Positions 41,331 through 52,979 of a DNA stretch of 64,000 nucleotides are shown here, one piece after another. The translations under genes and the position numbers were made by a program. Source of the stretch: Camelus dromedarius (lineage: Eukaryota); the NCBI RefSeq assembly GCF_036321535.1, contig NC_087437.1:97714001-97778000 (forward strand), written 5' to 3'. Within the stretch, counting starts at the first letter, position 1. Each line of letters begins with the position of its first letter. The notes beneath the pieces were generated by a model. That model worked only from the letters and a program-made list of their open reading frames with translations, ran no database searches and had not been told where the DNA came from.

Positions 41331-42065
41331 AACTGCTTCCTGGATCTGTGATGCTTGCTCAATTTCGGCAGAGACTTGGAAGTTCAGCACAACCCAACTC
41401 AAAGGCAGGTATCAAGACTAAAGAATGCCCCCAAATCAGATATCCATCCTTCTTTCTCTCAAGTGCCCATTACCACTAGCTCTCTCTAGAATAGACATGG
41501 ATCTCCATGTGGATTGATTTAGGAAAACAGAGATCATTAAACCAACAGATAACCTAGACCTGTACTGAATTTATTTGACCCTTCCAAACCCTAGACCCAA
41601 AGGCTGGACAAATCTAAATAGATCTGCCTTGAAGGTTGGCAAAAGTGTGCTATTTTCCAGTTGTTTTTCCCTCAATTTTACCAATGTACACTTTACTATA
41701 AGCATATTAGACATGCCTTAGAAAAGATGTCTTAAAAATCCAATGCTTATATAGTTTATCTCCCCTATCCACATAGAATTACCACCTTATTGTGAAGTCA
41801 GCATAGGTAGTTAAAAAAAAATCTTAAAATATTTTAAGAAAAAAATAACTGAATCTTTAAGATAATTAAAAAAAATAAGACAGGTCATGTCTAGGTATAC
41901 AATTATCCATTTACACAAAGAAATGATGGCTGCATATGTTAGCTTATCAATGCAGTAATTCTTAATGTTTATGGGAAAACAGTTTTATCTTATTACCACT
42001 TTGTAGTATTACATAACATGCTGTATATTGTATAACATATTTAATACATAAAATTCCAAACTTAC

Positions 42066-42451
42066 CAAAAGATTATGAATGTACCTACTCAAACTCACAG
42101 CAACTTTTCTGGTATTTTTAACTGCTCTATTGTAAAGAAAAGTTGTAGCGCCTCGGTTCCAGTCTACTATAATTATATTCACATTGTCTTGGTTCAACAA
42201 AATCCTTACAAATTTCTGAAGCCACGATGGAGTGGAGCCCATTGGTCTGTATCCATGAATAAGCCAGACTGTTTTCTTGCTTGTGTTGAAATGAACATTA
42301 AGTGAGTTGTCCTGCTGAAACAGTGGCTCTGCACAATTTGGGTTGTTCCTTGTATACAATATCAGAATTACCTCCATTTTGGGAATAAACAGATCTTTGA
42401 AGGAATCCTTTACACTTAGCTGAGAGAATTCAAGGCATGGTCCTTTATTCT
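42066..42451 (-). CDS. LIPI: LIPI coding exon 2 (ENKGPCLEFSQLSVKDSFKDLFIPKMEVILILYTRNNPNCAEPLF...WLIHGYRP...IVDWNRGATT...HNLL)
   Basis: tttcag acceptor, 386-nt open frame (ORF 42009..42377 overlaps it), lipase motifs IHG and VDW, ttg|gtaag donor. Confidence 0.97.
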
Positions 42452-45400
42452 CTGAAATTAAAAAATATATATATATCAGTCAAGCTGAGTATTGGGATAG
42501 TATTTGATTCAATTCCTGTTGCTGTTACAAGGAAAAAATTGAGCTTGGAGGGTGAGGAGGATTTCATTTTATTAGCGCTTTAACATAATTTACTGAGCAA
42601 CTACAATGTTTAAAGTAATTCACTGATTACTTAAACAGACTTTTGAACTAGACATATTCAAATTTTACAGTGAAATACAGAAATAAATGTGGTTGGTTAA
42701 AAAGTAAAAATTAATTTTTTGTACAAAATAGCAATCATATGACTAATGTAATTAATATTATTAATAAGGAAATTGTTATACACACCAATCAATAGAAGTC
42801 CATAAATTGATGATGAACTTTAATAGAAATTTTGCAGAAGAATGTTTAGATATGGATAAGTATTAGAAAAAAATATATTTTACCTGACTAGTGATCAAAT
42901 AAATACAAATCAAAACAAAAAATGTATCATTTCTTCATATCAAATTAAGCAAAGTGGAAAAATCCTTTTAATACATAATATCTATAAGGGTAAATGCAAA
43001 GGTTCATATAACATGGATGCTGAGAGCATAAGTTGATACATCCTTTTGAAATTTTATACATGTGTATGTGTATACTACACACACATAATCTTAAAAATGT
43101 TCACTCGTCTTGATTTCTTTCTAGGATTTACATTAATGAAGTAAACAATTTGTATTAAATGTAAAGACATTAATTATAGGGTTATGCATAATCACACAAA
43201 AATTTAAAATACTTTAATTATCATCATACAGAATTTTATCAATGTGTGCATCCTATTTGTCTATCCATCTACCTACATATCTATCTATCCATCCATACAT
43301 TCTGGAAGGAAGTAGGGCAGAAAATGAAACAACTAGGCCAAATCAATGGCAATAGTCACTACTAGGCAGGGAAACATGGCTGTTTTTTTTTTTTTTCTTT
43401 TCATAGTTTTAAGAATTGTTAATTTTTTTGCAAAATAAGTATATAGCCTAAAAATATTTTTTTTAATGAGAGCATAAGATCGTACTGCTTCTGGAAATTT
43501 AACTTGGTAAGAAGATTTGGAAAAACAATTTGTCAATATATATCAAAAATTCATAAAAGAATTAGTAAAGTTTATGCCAGTAATTACACTTCTAAGAATC
43601 TGTCCCAAGAAAATAGTCCAAAAATACATTTAAAAGAACTAATATACATTATTTTATACTGGAGAAACAGAAGCAATTGCAATGCCCAGAAATAATGGCG
43701 CACTTGAGTAAATTTCATATGTGCATATTTGATAAATTTAAATAAATATTTTAACATATGTAAATATGTATTTTAAATGACATATATATTGGGGAAATCT
43801 ATAGTAATATGCATTAGTTACAATTATTCTTGTTTGGAGAGTATATATGTGATATTGTCACAATTATTTAGAAGATAAAGAAGGCAGTGAAAAAGCAGCA
43901 AGACCTGCATTCAGTTCCCATGTTAACAGCCAGGAGATATTTGGACAAGTGAAAAACTTTGATACTTAATTTGCTCTAAGTACTAAGAAATGAGGAAGTG
44001 GAGAGGAGGTATAAATTAAACTTCAGTGCAATATCAGTGCTGACTATATCGTACAAATTGTGTAGGAAATTGTGCTTGTCAACCTTCCTACCAGCTGAAA
44101 CTCTGAGAAGTCCAAATGCAATGGATATATCCAAATTGCTAGTCCACTCTAAACCAAGGTAGACTGTACCTGGCCCTGGAATGAGGAATGAGGAATAAAC
44201 AATAGCCTCCCTGTGATAAAATAAGGAAAATAAATCACCTAAAACCATGAAAAGAAACATCTATTGTCCATTACCAGATGTAGAAGTAATTGCAGAAAGC
44301 TCTTTGTCACCTTCAATAGAATGCAAGAAAAATCACATCTCAAAAACAGGAAACCATTGTGAGAAAATTTATTGAGGCAAAAAAAAAAATAGGTTAGGTT
44401 AACAAGGGAATAACAAGATACTCTAATTCAGGAAAAGTAAAAATGCAAATGTCGAGTAAACATTCACATTATAGATGCTAAAACATGGAAATCTCACCTT
44501 ATAGTAAGAAAAGAAGGAAGAAAGATATTTAAATTATAAAGGTAAACATAGATTTGAGACAGGGAATAATGATTCAAATTAAAAATCATCAATATTCCCC
44601 TGGCAGGTGGGGGAGGAATTGGAGAGAGAGAGAGGGTAGCAGCTAAAACAATTAAGGAAATAACTGCCTACCAGGGTGTACCAACTGAAAAAGGCTCAAC
44701 ACAATGTAGAGAAAATCATTTAATCAGGCTCACCAAGAGAACTCCTAGAACCTAGCTTGGGTTTCAATGAAAGAGAAAATATTCTAAAAATATCAAGGCA
44801 GAAAATTCAAGTTACAAATAAAAGAGTGAAGTTATGATGACCAGATTTACAAAACAATGCATCAGACAGATAAAAGTGTAATAAATGAAGATTATAAGTG
44901 CAAAAGTTTGTGACCTAATAATTTCAAATTCTTCCTAAAGTACACCACTCATAACTGACTAAGTACAGGTCCTGAAATCATCCCTGTTAAATAAATGATA
45001 GATTTACTGAAGACAAGAGCCATAGAAACTCACAGCATAAAAAGATTGAAAGTGATCATAGAAACAAGTTAGACACCAATTTACGTGTAAATATTATAAA
45101 ACTGAGTAAAACATGAATGCAATCTGTGGTACAAAAATTCCTTAATTGGGGTACTCAAAAGATGTTAATCTAACATTTTTTAATAAATAGATAAGTATGG
45201 GTTTTAAAAGATATTGAAACCTTAACTGTTAACCATTACTATATAAAACAATACATATAACTTTCTACACACTAAAAATATAAAAGTATAACAAACAGTG
45301 TATGTATATCCAAAAGATACAAAGAAATTTGAAAACTAAAAATAGAAAGTAGAAAGTATAAAACAAAATGATAAAATTACACACGAGAAAAAAAATTTGT

Positions 45401-45582
45401 GATCTATAAACAGCTACGTAACTGTATAAGTCCTGCCTATTACAAAGCAAAAAAAGTCAGATTTCATAAGAAAAAAATTAGAAAATTAGGTATAAAATAC
45501 TTAAAAGAAGTGCATGCGAAATTTTAAATAATTGGAAAGGTAGGTGTATCCTACATAAATAAAATGAAAGGAAACTAGGTTG

Positions 45583-46050
45583 ATATACTAGATTGCAGTG
45601 ATGGCTCCAATTCATCTTTCCTGAGTCCATGCCATTTGCTTTGCAACTTTGAGATATTCTCCCATCATAAGTGGGGTGACTTGCTTGATGTGGGTACAAA
45701 TATTACAGCTTGCCCTGGAAAATAGGACCTTGGTAGAGGTAGTGCAATCAGATGCTGAACTGGGCTTGCCCTTTAGGGCTGGGCCTCTCATACTTCTGCT
45801 GTCACCATGAGAATATCCCAGGTCTGGCCTGCTAGAAAAGGAAAAACAGGTGTAAAAGAGCTAAGTTGTGTTAGTCTCCCCAGCTGATCGATAGCCAGTC
45901 AACAGCCAAACATGCCAGTGAAGCCAACAAAGAAGAGCAGCGCCTAAGGAATTCCCACCTGACTCCACACAGGTGAGTCATAACCGCATTACATCAAATG
46001 CCACTGGGGGTGTGGGTTTTTATTTTATTTTGTTTAGCTTTATTCTGATA
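45583..46050 (+). mobile_element. MLT1-type LTR
   Basis: gatggctccaattc...tccatgcc...gtgacttgcttg...ccatgagaata...cccagctga...aatgccactgggggtgtgg. Confidence 0.55.
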
Positions 46051-46239
46051 TCATATAATCAACTTCACTGGTTATATTAATATCACATTAAGAAAACAAA
46101 CAAACCTTTCTAAATGGTACCAAAAAGTTACACTAGTATATTGTAAAGCTCTTACAGAATATCACACTGAATCAACTCTCGTAGATTTTAGGAGTAGAAA
46201 GAGAAATAAAATCCTATGCATCAAAAACTTATAAGCATC

Positions 46240-48960
46240 CTCAATAAGATTATCAGTGCTTTTCTCAGCAGAAATTTTGCAGGCCAGAAGACAGAAAGAT
46301 GATATATTTTAGTATTGTTAAAGAGGAAAATGCTCCACCTAGAATCCTATATCTAGCAGAACAGTTCTTCAAAAATGAAAGAAATTAAAACATCCCCAGA
46401 CAAACAAAAGCTGAGGGACTTCATTAACACTATGACAGCTTTATATGAAACAATAATGGGAACCCTTCCAGTTGAAATGAAAGGACATTAGACAATAACT
46501 TGAAGTCCTATGAAAATATAAAGTTCTCTGGTAAAGGTGAATTATGAACAAATATAAAAACCAGTATTATTGAAATTTTGATTTGTAATTCTAATTTTAT
46601 TTTCCACAGGATTTAAAAGACAAATGCATAAAATTATAAATCTGTGTTAGTGAGTATATAGTACATAAAGATATAACTGTGTCATCAATAACATAAATTG
46701 GGAGAAACAGAGCTTAAAGGAGTAGAGTATTTCATATGAAAGTTAAGTTTTTATTGAAGCCTTTATTATCTTTATTGAAGTGAAGTATCAATTTAAGATA
46801 AATTGTCATAACTTTAGATGTTACATGTAATTACCATCATAACCACAAACAAAATAATCTATAGGATATGCACAAAAGACAAAGAGTAGGAAATCAAAAT
46901 GTGTCATTACAAAAAAATCAACTGAAAACAAAGGAAGAAATGAGATGCTTCAAATCCATTAGGATGGCTACCATTAAAAAAAAAAGGCAACTGTTGGCAA
47001 GAATGTGGAGAAATTGGGACTCTTGTGCATTGCTGATAGGGATGTAAAATGGTGCAACTGCTATGAAAAATCGTATGGTGAGGCCTCAAAAAATTATAAG
47101 TAGAATTACCATATATTCCAGAAATCCCACTTCTGAGTATATACCCCCCAAAAAATTAAAGTAGAGACAAAAAGAGATTCTTATACACACATGTTCAAAG
47201 CCTTTAAATTACTCAAAAAGTGGAAGGAACCCAAATATCCATCAAAAGATGAATGGATGAACAAAATCTGGTATATACATATGGTGGAATATTATTCAGC
47301 CTTTAAAAGGAAGGAAATTCTTACACATGCTACAATATGAAAGAACTTTGAAAACACTATATTAAGTGGAATAAACCAGTCACAAAAATACAAATGCTAT
47401 ATTATTCCACTTATATGAGGTACCTAAACAAGTCAAATGTATAGAGACATAAAGTTGAACAGTGGTTGCCAAGTTCTGGGAAGAAGTAGAAAACGGGGAA
47501 TTTAAGGGGTTTAGACGTTCAGTTTGCAAAGATGAAAATGTTCTGGAGATGGATGGTGGTGATGATTGCACAACAGTATGAATGTACTTAATGCCACTGA
47601 ACTGTACACTTAAAAATGTTTAAAATGGAAATTTTTAATATACGTTTTACCACAATTAAAACAAAACAAACAAAAACCTTACAGAATCCAATTCCTTTTA
47701 TTATGGAGATCTGATTCCAGACTTGCTCTACTTCTGTAAACAATGAGAACACTGGATAAAATATATGAAAAAAAAAAGTTTAGACATTGGACAACAAGAA
47801 GCACAGGACTATGATATCTGAGGAAGGGAAACACATGATTTGAACCCTACACCTAATATCTTTCTGTCTGGAGGCAGTTTCCAGACTTCAGTGCAGGAAG
47901 GTTGAGTACAACAAAGAATGGTGATTTTGCTGAGTTGGGGAGAAAGACTGGAGTTGGAGGAAGCAGAAGCAACTAGAATTTGTATCACAGAGTGTCATAA
48001 AGGAAGGAGCTATGCAGAGGCAGAGCCCCAAATTCTGCAGAGAGGTCCCCTGGAATCTGTTGCTGGAGACAAACCTATGCCAGCCTAGGGTGAAACTCTA
48101 CAAAGAGTTGTAAATGCAACAATTCCAAAGGTCACAGCTGGTTAGGAGACACTGAAGTTCTGACTAGCCAGTGTAGAAAAACCTTAATGAACATCAGGGA
48201 CATTTTGTAGAGATCCTAGAAGAGTTAGACTTGGTTGTAATGCGGTTACACTAGTTCTAGAGTAAAAGAATTTAGACCCATTCTTTCTCCCTTTCATTCT
48301 CTCAACTCTGCTTGCTTTGATTTGGCTTCATTCTCTTGCAGGCTACAGGCTATGTGTGTGAAATATTGAGAGGAAATATTTGCAATCTTGAGTGAGCAAA
48401 GATTTTTTTGGATAATACACAGTAAGCATAAAACATAAAAGTGATACATTGGAAACTGTCATAATGAAGGATGTTTGCTCCTAAAAGGACATGGTTAAGA
48501 ATGTGAATATGCAGTCTTACAAAACGTACATCTGAAAAAGTACCTGTATCCAGCATATATGTGTGTGTGTGTGTGTGTGTGTTGTACGTGTGTGTCTAAC
48601 TACATATATATGTAAAATAAGAAAAGTCAATTTAAAAATTCACAGAATTGGAAGACACTTCACAAGAGATGGTCTAATGATCACGAGGCTCAAAAAGATG
48701 TTCAGCATCATTAGTCATCAAGAAAATGTAAAAGGGAATAAGCTGATTACACACGCAACAACTTTGATGAATCTCAAAACATCATACTGAGTAAAAGACT
48801 CCAGAAACAAAAAAAAAGTATATATTGTTGAATTCCATGTATATGAAATTCTAGAAAAGGGGTATCTAATCTAGAGTGTCAGAAAGCAGATCAGAGTTGT
48901 ATGGAGCCAGAAGTGGGGGGGGGGGGGGTACTAATTGCTATAATCTAAATTTTTTGATGC
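46240..48960 (+). mobile_element. Cluster of L1M fragments including an L1MA/MB-like 3' end (~46940-47660)
   Basis: caaacaaaagctgagggacttcatt and gttctggagatggatggtggtgatgattgcacaacagtatgaatgtacttaatgccactgaactgtacacttaaaaatg. Confidence 0.8.
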
Positions 48961-49446
48961 AAGAACTGTCTTGTATCTTGATTGATGAGATGTCTTGGGG
49001 AAGGTGAAAAGTGCACAAGAATAATGAATGAAATTTTAAAGATAATAAGGGGGCATGATTTAAATTATATTTATAAGTTGAGTAAAAAGAGGCCTGTGAA
49101 CTGAGTCAAGAAGTGATAGACAGATTAATGAGACAGAATGGGAACACCCAGAAATATACTCTATTATCCATGATACCTAAGGCAGTTCAGAGTAGTCAAA
49201 AGTAACAGATTTTTAAATAATGATTATGATAATTATTTGATTCTAGTTATATTTAAAAAACGTTCCATGTAAAAGTATAATTATATGAACTAGAAGAGGA
49301 ATATAGTTAATATGTACATGATCCCAGGTTGAGGAATGATGATTTATGGTTATTTACCAGTCACTCCATGCAGGCACTATAGTGTTCTGCATTTGCTATC
49401 TTTCCTTTCATTTTATGTATGAAGAGATTAAATGATCTATCAAAGG

Positions 49447-49542
49447 TCACACAACTAGAAGCAACAGAATATTTCTGGGTGAGATCTTAAAAGTATGAGA
49501 TTCTTTATGGCACAAGTTATTATGTAAACAGTTGAGCAACAT
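49447..49542 (-). pseudogene. Non-functional counterpart of the human LIPI alternative first exon (MLLNCLHNNLCHKESHTFKISPRNILLLLVV*)
   Basis: Hand translation resembles the recalled human long-isoform N-terminus MLLKCLHNNLCQKYSAHAFQFSPRNVLWLLVVCLRS. Here it ends in an in-frame TGA inside a MIR. Confidence 0.65.
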
Positions 49543-50654
49543 AAATGAGACTCTATCAGAAGTTCCCCAGCTCAATTATTTATTACATGTAATAAGAAGA
49601 ATGAAAACCTGGGGCCAGCAGAATTCCAGATACAAAACGATGGACTAAATTGAAGACAGAAGTTTGCATGGCCATAGAGCCAGCTGAGACACAAAAGTGT
49701 AGGCAAAACTTTAAAATCCCTGAAGGCTGGTGGTAGAAAGCAATACCGTATCTTTAATTTTCTGATTCTGAAGCAATCAAAGCACATTTAGAAAATAGAC
49801 ATTTATTTAACATTTCATAAGAAATCAAGATGCTCAATCAGTAACTTTTCAACTGTAAAAATGTTTGGAAAGCTGCTGAAAATGAAGCTGACTACACAAC
49901 CAAACTAAAGTAGGTGACTGATAAGTCTTTAGACCAGAAATTTCCAAGCATGGCTTTAAATATAGGTGTCAAAAATGACTGGGAAAGTTTGCTCAAAAAG
50001 TAGTTTCTCGAGCCATCCCCAGAGATCCTGTTTTAGTTTGTACAACTGCATTTTTAAATGCATAACCCAGAGGATTCCAATATAAGTAGTCCTGAACAGG
50101 TCTACCATAAGTGTACACAGGTAGATACGGCCCTCCACTTGGAAATCCATCAGAGAGAATTACAGAGAAAGTGCATATGGAAGAAAACACAATGGATTAT
50201 TATAACCTAAATTGTATTGCTTTATAATTGCCCAAATTGCTCATTTACGCTATCTTCTTTGAGCTTCACGATGCAGTTAGAAGGTATTAAAATTTTTACT
50301 TCCATCTAAAACTCAGGAAACTGATGTTCAGGGAGGTTAAGTGACTTGGCGTGGGATAACAAGGCACCAGGACTAGACTCTGGGTCTTTCAATAGCAAAT
50401 CCCATGTTCTTTCATGTTACACTTATTTTAAAATAACTTTGGTACAATGAATTATAAAGTTGCTTGTGGGCATATGATGTTAGTAAATAAGTAGAAATAA
50501 ATTACTAGTTAGATCAGAAAGATTTTTAAACAATTTAGGGAAAAAATAATGATGAATTTATTGAAGCAGTAAGGCTCACGATTCCATGGGTTTGGGAAAG
50601 ATCATTACCCTAAAAACAGCCTACTAAGTAAGGTTCTACAAATTTCTGTACTCT

Positions 50655-50800
50655 TACTACTCGAAGTGTGGTACATATACCCATAGGCATCACCTGGGGG
50701 GTTATTAGAATTTTAGAATCTTGGGTTTCACCTCCAACCTATGGAAAAGAATCTGCATTTTTAAACACCATTCCCAGGTGTCCTGTATCACATATTGTAA
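50655..50800. mobile_element. MER5A-like hAT-Charlie fragment
   Basis: tactcgaagtgtgg...gcatcacctggg...gaatctgcatttttaaac...cccaggtg. Confidence 0.65.
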
Positions 50801-50918
50801 GTTCTATCATCTTAGAAAAATGACTCCATTTTTCTGAATTTCACTTTCTTCACTTGCGAAATGAGAAAGATGAATTAATCTATCTTAACATCTCTTCTAT
50901 AGGCCACTCGAGGGAGCA

Positions 50919-51279
50919 CAGGCGTTGGCAAACTGGCTTGTGGGCTAAATCTGACCAGCAAGCTAAAAATGGTTTTTACATTTCAAATGGATGAAAAGAA
51001 TAATAGTATTTTGTGACATCTAAAAATTACAACAAATTCAAATTTTAGTGCCCATTAATAAATTTTAATTAGAACACAGATACACTCATTGGTGTATTAA
51101 TTGTCTGTGGCTGTTTTCATGCTATATGGTAACAGAGTTGAATGGATGCAACAGAGACTGTACGGCCCTCAAAGCCTAAGATATGTAGTATCTGGCCCTT
51201 TACAAGGTGCCTCATTAGCTCAGGAGGTAGTGCGTCCATCTCATATCTGGCCCTTTACAAAAATATTTGCGGACACTTG
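50919..51279 (+). mobile_element. MER58B-like hAT-Charlie element
   Basis: caggcgttggcaaact...aagctaaaaatggtttttacattt...ctggccctttacaaaaatatttgcggacacttg. Confidence 0.8.
51209..51244 (+). pseudogene. Tailless retrocopy of the 5' half of tRNA-Met(CAT)
   Basis: gcctcattagctcaggaggtagtgcgtccatctcat is ~30/36 identical to recalled elongator tRNA-Met GCCTCGTTAGCGCAGTAGGTAGCGCGTCAGTCTCAT. Flanked by the exact 17-bp direct repeat tatctggccctttacaa (51189-51205, 51244-51260). Confidence 0.75.
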
Positions 51280-52933
51280 CTAAAATAATAATAGTAACAA
51301 CCACAACAACCATTTAAGCTGTTACTATGAATCAGAAAGTGTACTAAGAACACATATGCATATAATTTGAATATATATGCATATAGATACATACTTTTAT
51401 ATACGGTAGTTTGTTCAGCTATCTCTGTACTTCCATTTGATTCTACTTAAAAATTTTGAAACCATCTGATTAATCCCAGTTTTTCAGAGTGTTTTTCCTT
51501 TTCAAAGGCAGATGTAATCACAATGATTTTTATATTGAGGAGTGTGAGATATGCCCCCCAAAAGGTACATTTCAGAACCTCTAGTGGGGGAAGGAGGAGT
51601 ATGTAAAATCTAAATAAAAGATACTTATATGAAATAAATTACTGAAATTTCAATAAAATATCCTAGGCAGGTAGGAATTCATGCAAAATGAGAGAAAGCA
51701 TACGAATTTGTATAGTTAAGGATGATTTTTAAGACTCATCAGATCTTTAATTTTCTTATTTTCTATTTACTGTTATTAATATCTAAAAGGTCTGATATTT
51801 TATTTTTGTCAATTAAGTATGTCAGAAGCATACTTAGTAATTATATCTGAGTTTTCCCAATTGAAAATGTAGGCAACTTTCTAACTACTAATCAAAACAA
51901 TAATCTAGGAAAGTCTACCACACAAGTTTATATATAATCTAAACTATACTAAAATGATGTACAATGATGTCAACTATGATATGACACAAAATTTAGGGGC
52001 CTAGACTTCAGATTTCTTTGATTTTCAAATTAAGGTACCACTACATTACAGAAACATAAAATGCCTATCAAGAGAATTCCAACTGAGTAAGTTCTAAATG
52101 ATAAATTGTATATTAGTACCATTTCAACTGTATTTGAATGAAAACTCAAGCATTTCCAGGATTCATTGTTAGCTCACATATCCAATTGAAAAGAAATAAT
52201 TTGAATTTCTAGCTGATTTTTTAAGATTGTTCGAGTATGTATGCATTCAGTAATTTTTAAAAGAAATTTAAACCAAAGAAAATGACCTGCTTTTGCAAAA
52301 TCTCTACAGGAAACTATTCCTTGTGAACTTTAAAGTTCCTGCTTTTCTTATTGCCATAAAGTAGAACAAATAGTCTTACTTTATTACCATAAAGTAGTAA
52401 ACCAGGACAATAAAGTTCAGCTTTATTATCACAAATTTGTTTTAATTTTTGTTTTGCTTTACCGTAACGGGACAAAAGAAAAAGAAAGTTGCAGTATATG
52501 CTTACATTGTTTGTTTTGCAATTGACAATTTACCTATGTAAAAACTTTCCTCAAAAGCAGGGTTATTTGAACAAATGAAATTGAAATAAGGTGTTTATTA
52601 AGGCATGATTTCAAATACTGAATTAATTTCTCTATTACTGAATTATTCTGGCTTTTTAGTCTTGAATATTTGTATTTGTTCTCTATTTACAACTCCTTGT
52701 AGAAGATTTTCTAGATACTAATTATCTGGAAAGTAAAATAAAATACAGGACATACAATTTACTAAACACACATACAAACTTTCTTCATAATAATGTTTGA
52801 TATAGTAGGTACCCATAATCATAGTAATTTTTTATACCATAGTGTCATAGCATTCTTTATCTCAGAATACAGACCATATTGATTATATTAAATACAATTT
52901 TTTAATATAAATACTTAAAGTATTAGTTCTTAC

Positions 52934-52979
52934 CAGATCTTGCCCAGCACATCAAACAGAGAAAAATGTATACTCTCAT
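52934..52979 (-). CDS. LIPI: LIPI coding exon 1 (signal peptide MRVYIFLCLMCWARS)
   Basis: Minus strand reads ATG AGA GTA TAC ATT TTT CTC TGT TTG ATG TGC TGG GCA AGA TCT G|gtaag, 46 nt, phase-1 donor. Matches recalled human LIPI N-terminus MRVYIFLCLMCWVRSD and joins exon 2 in frame. Confidence 0.93.

Noticed and set aside
42009..42065. C-terminal tail of ORF 42009..42377 (VSLEFYVLNMLYNIQHVM)
   Set aside because: Intron read-through beyond the exon 2 donor.
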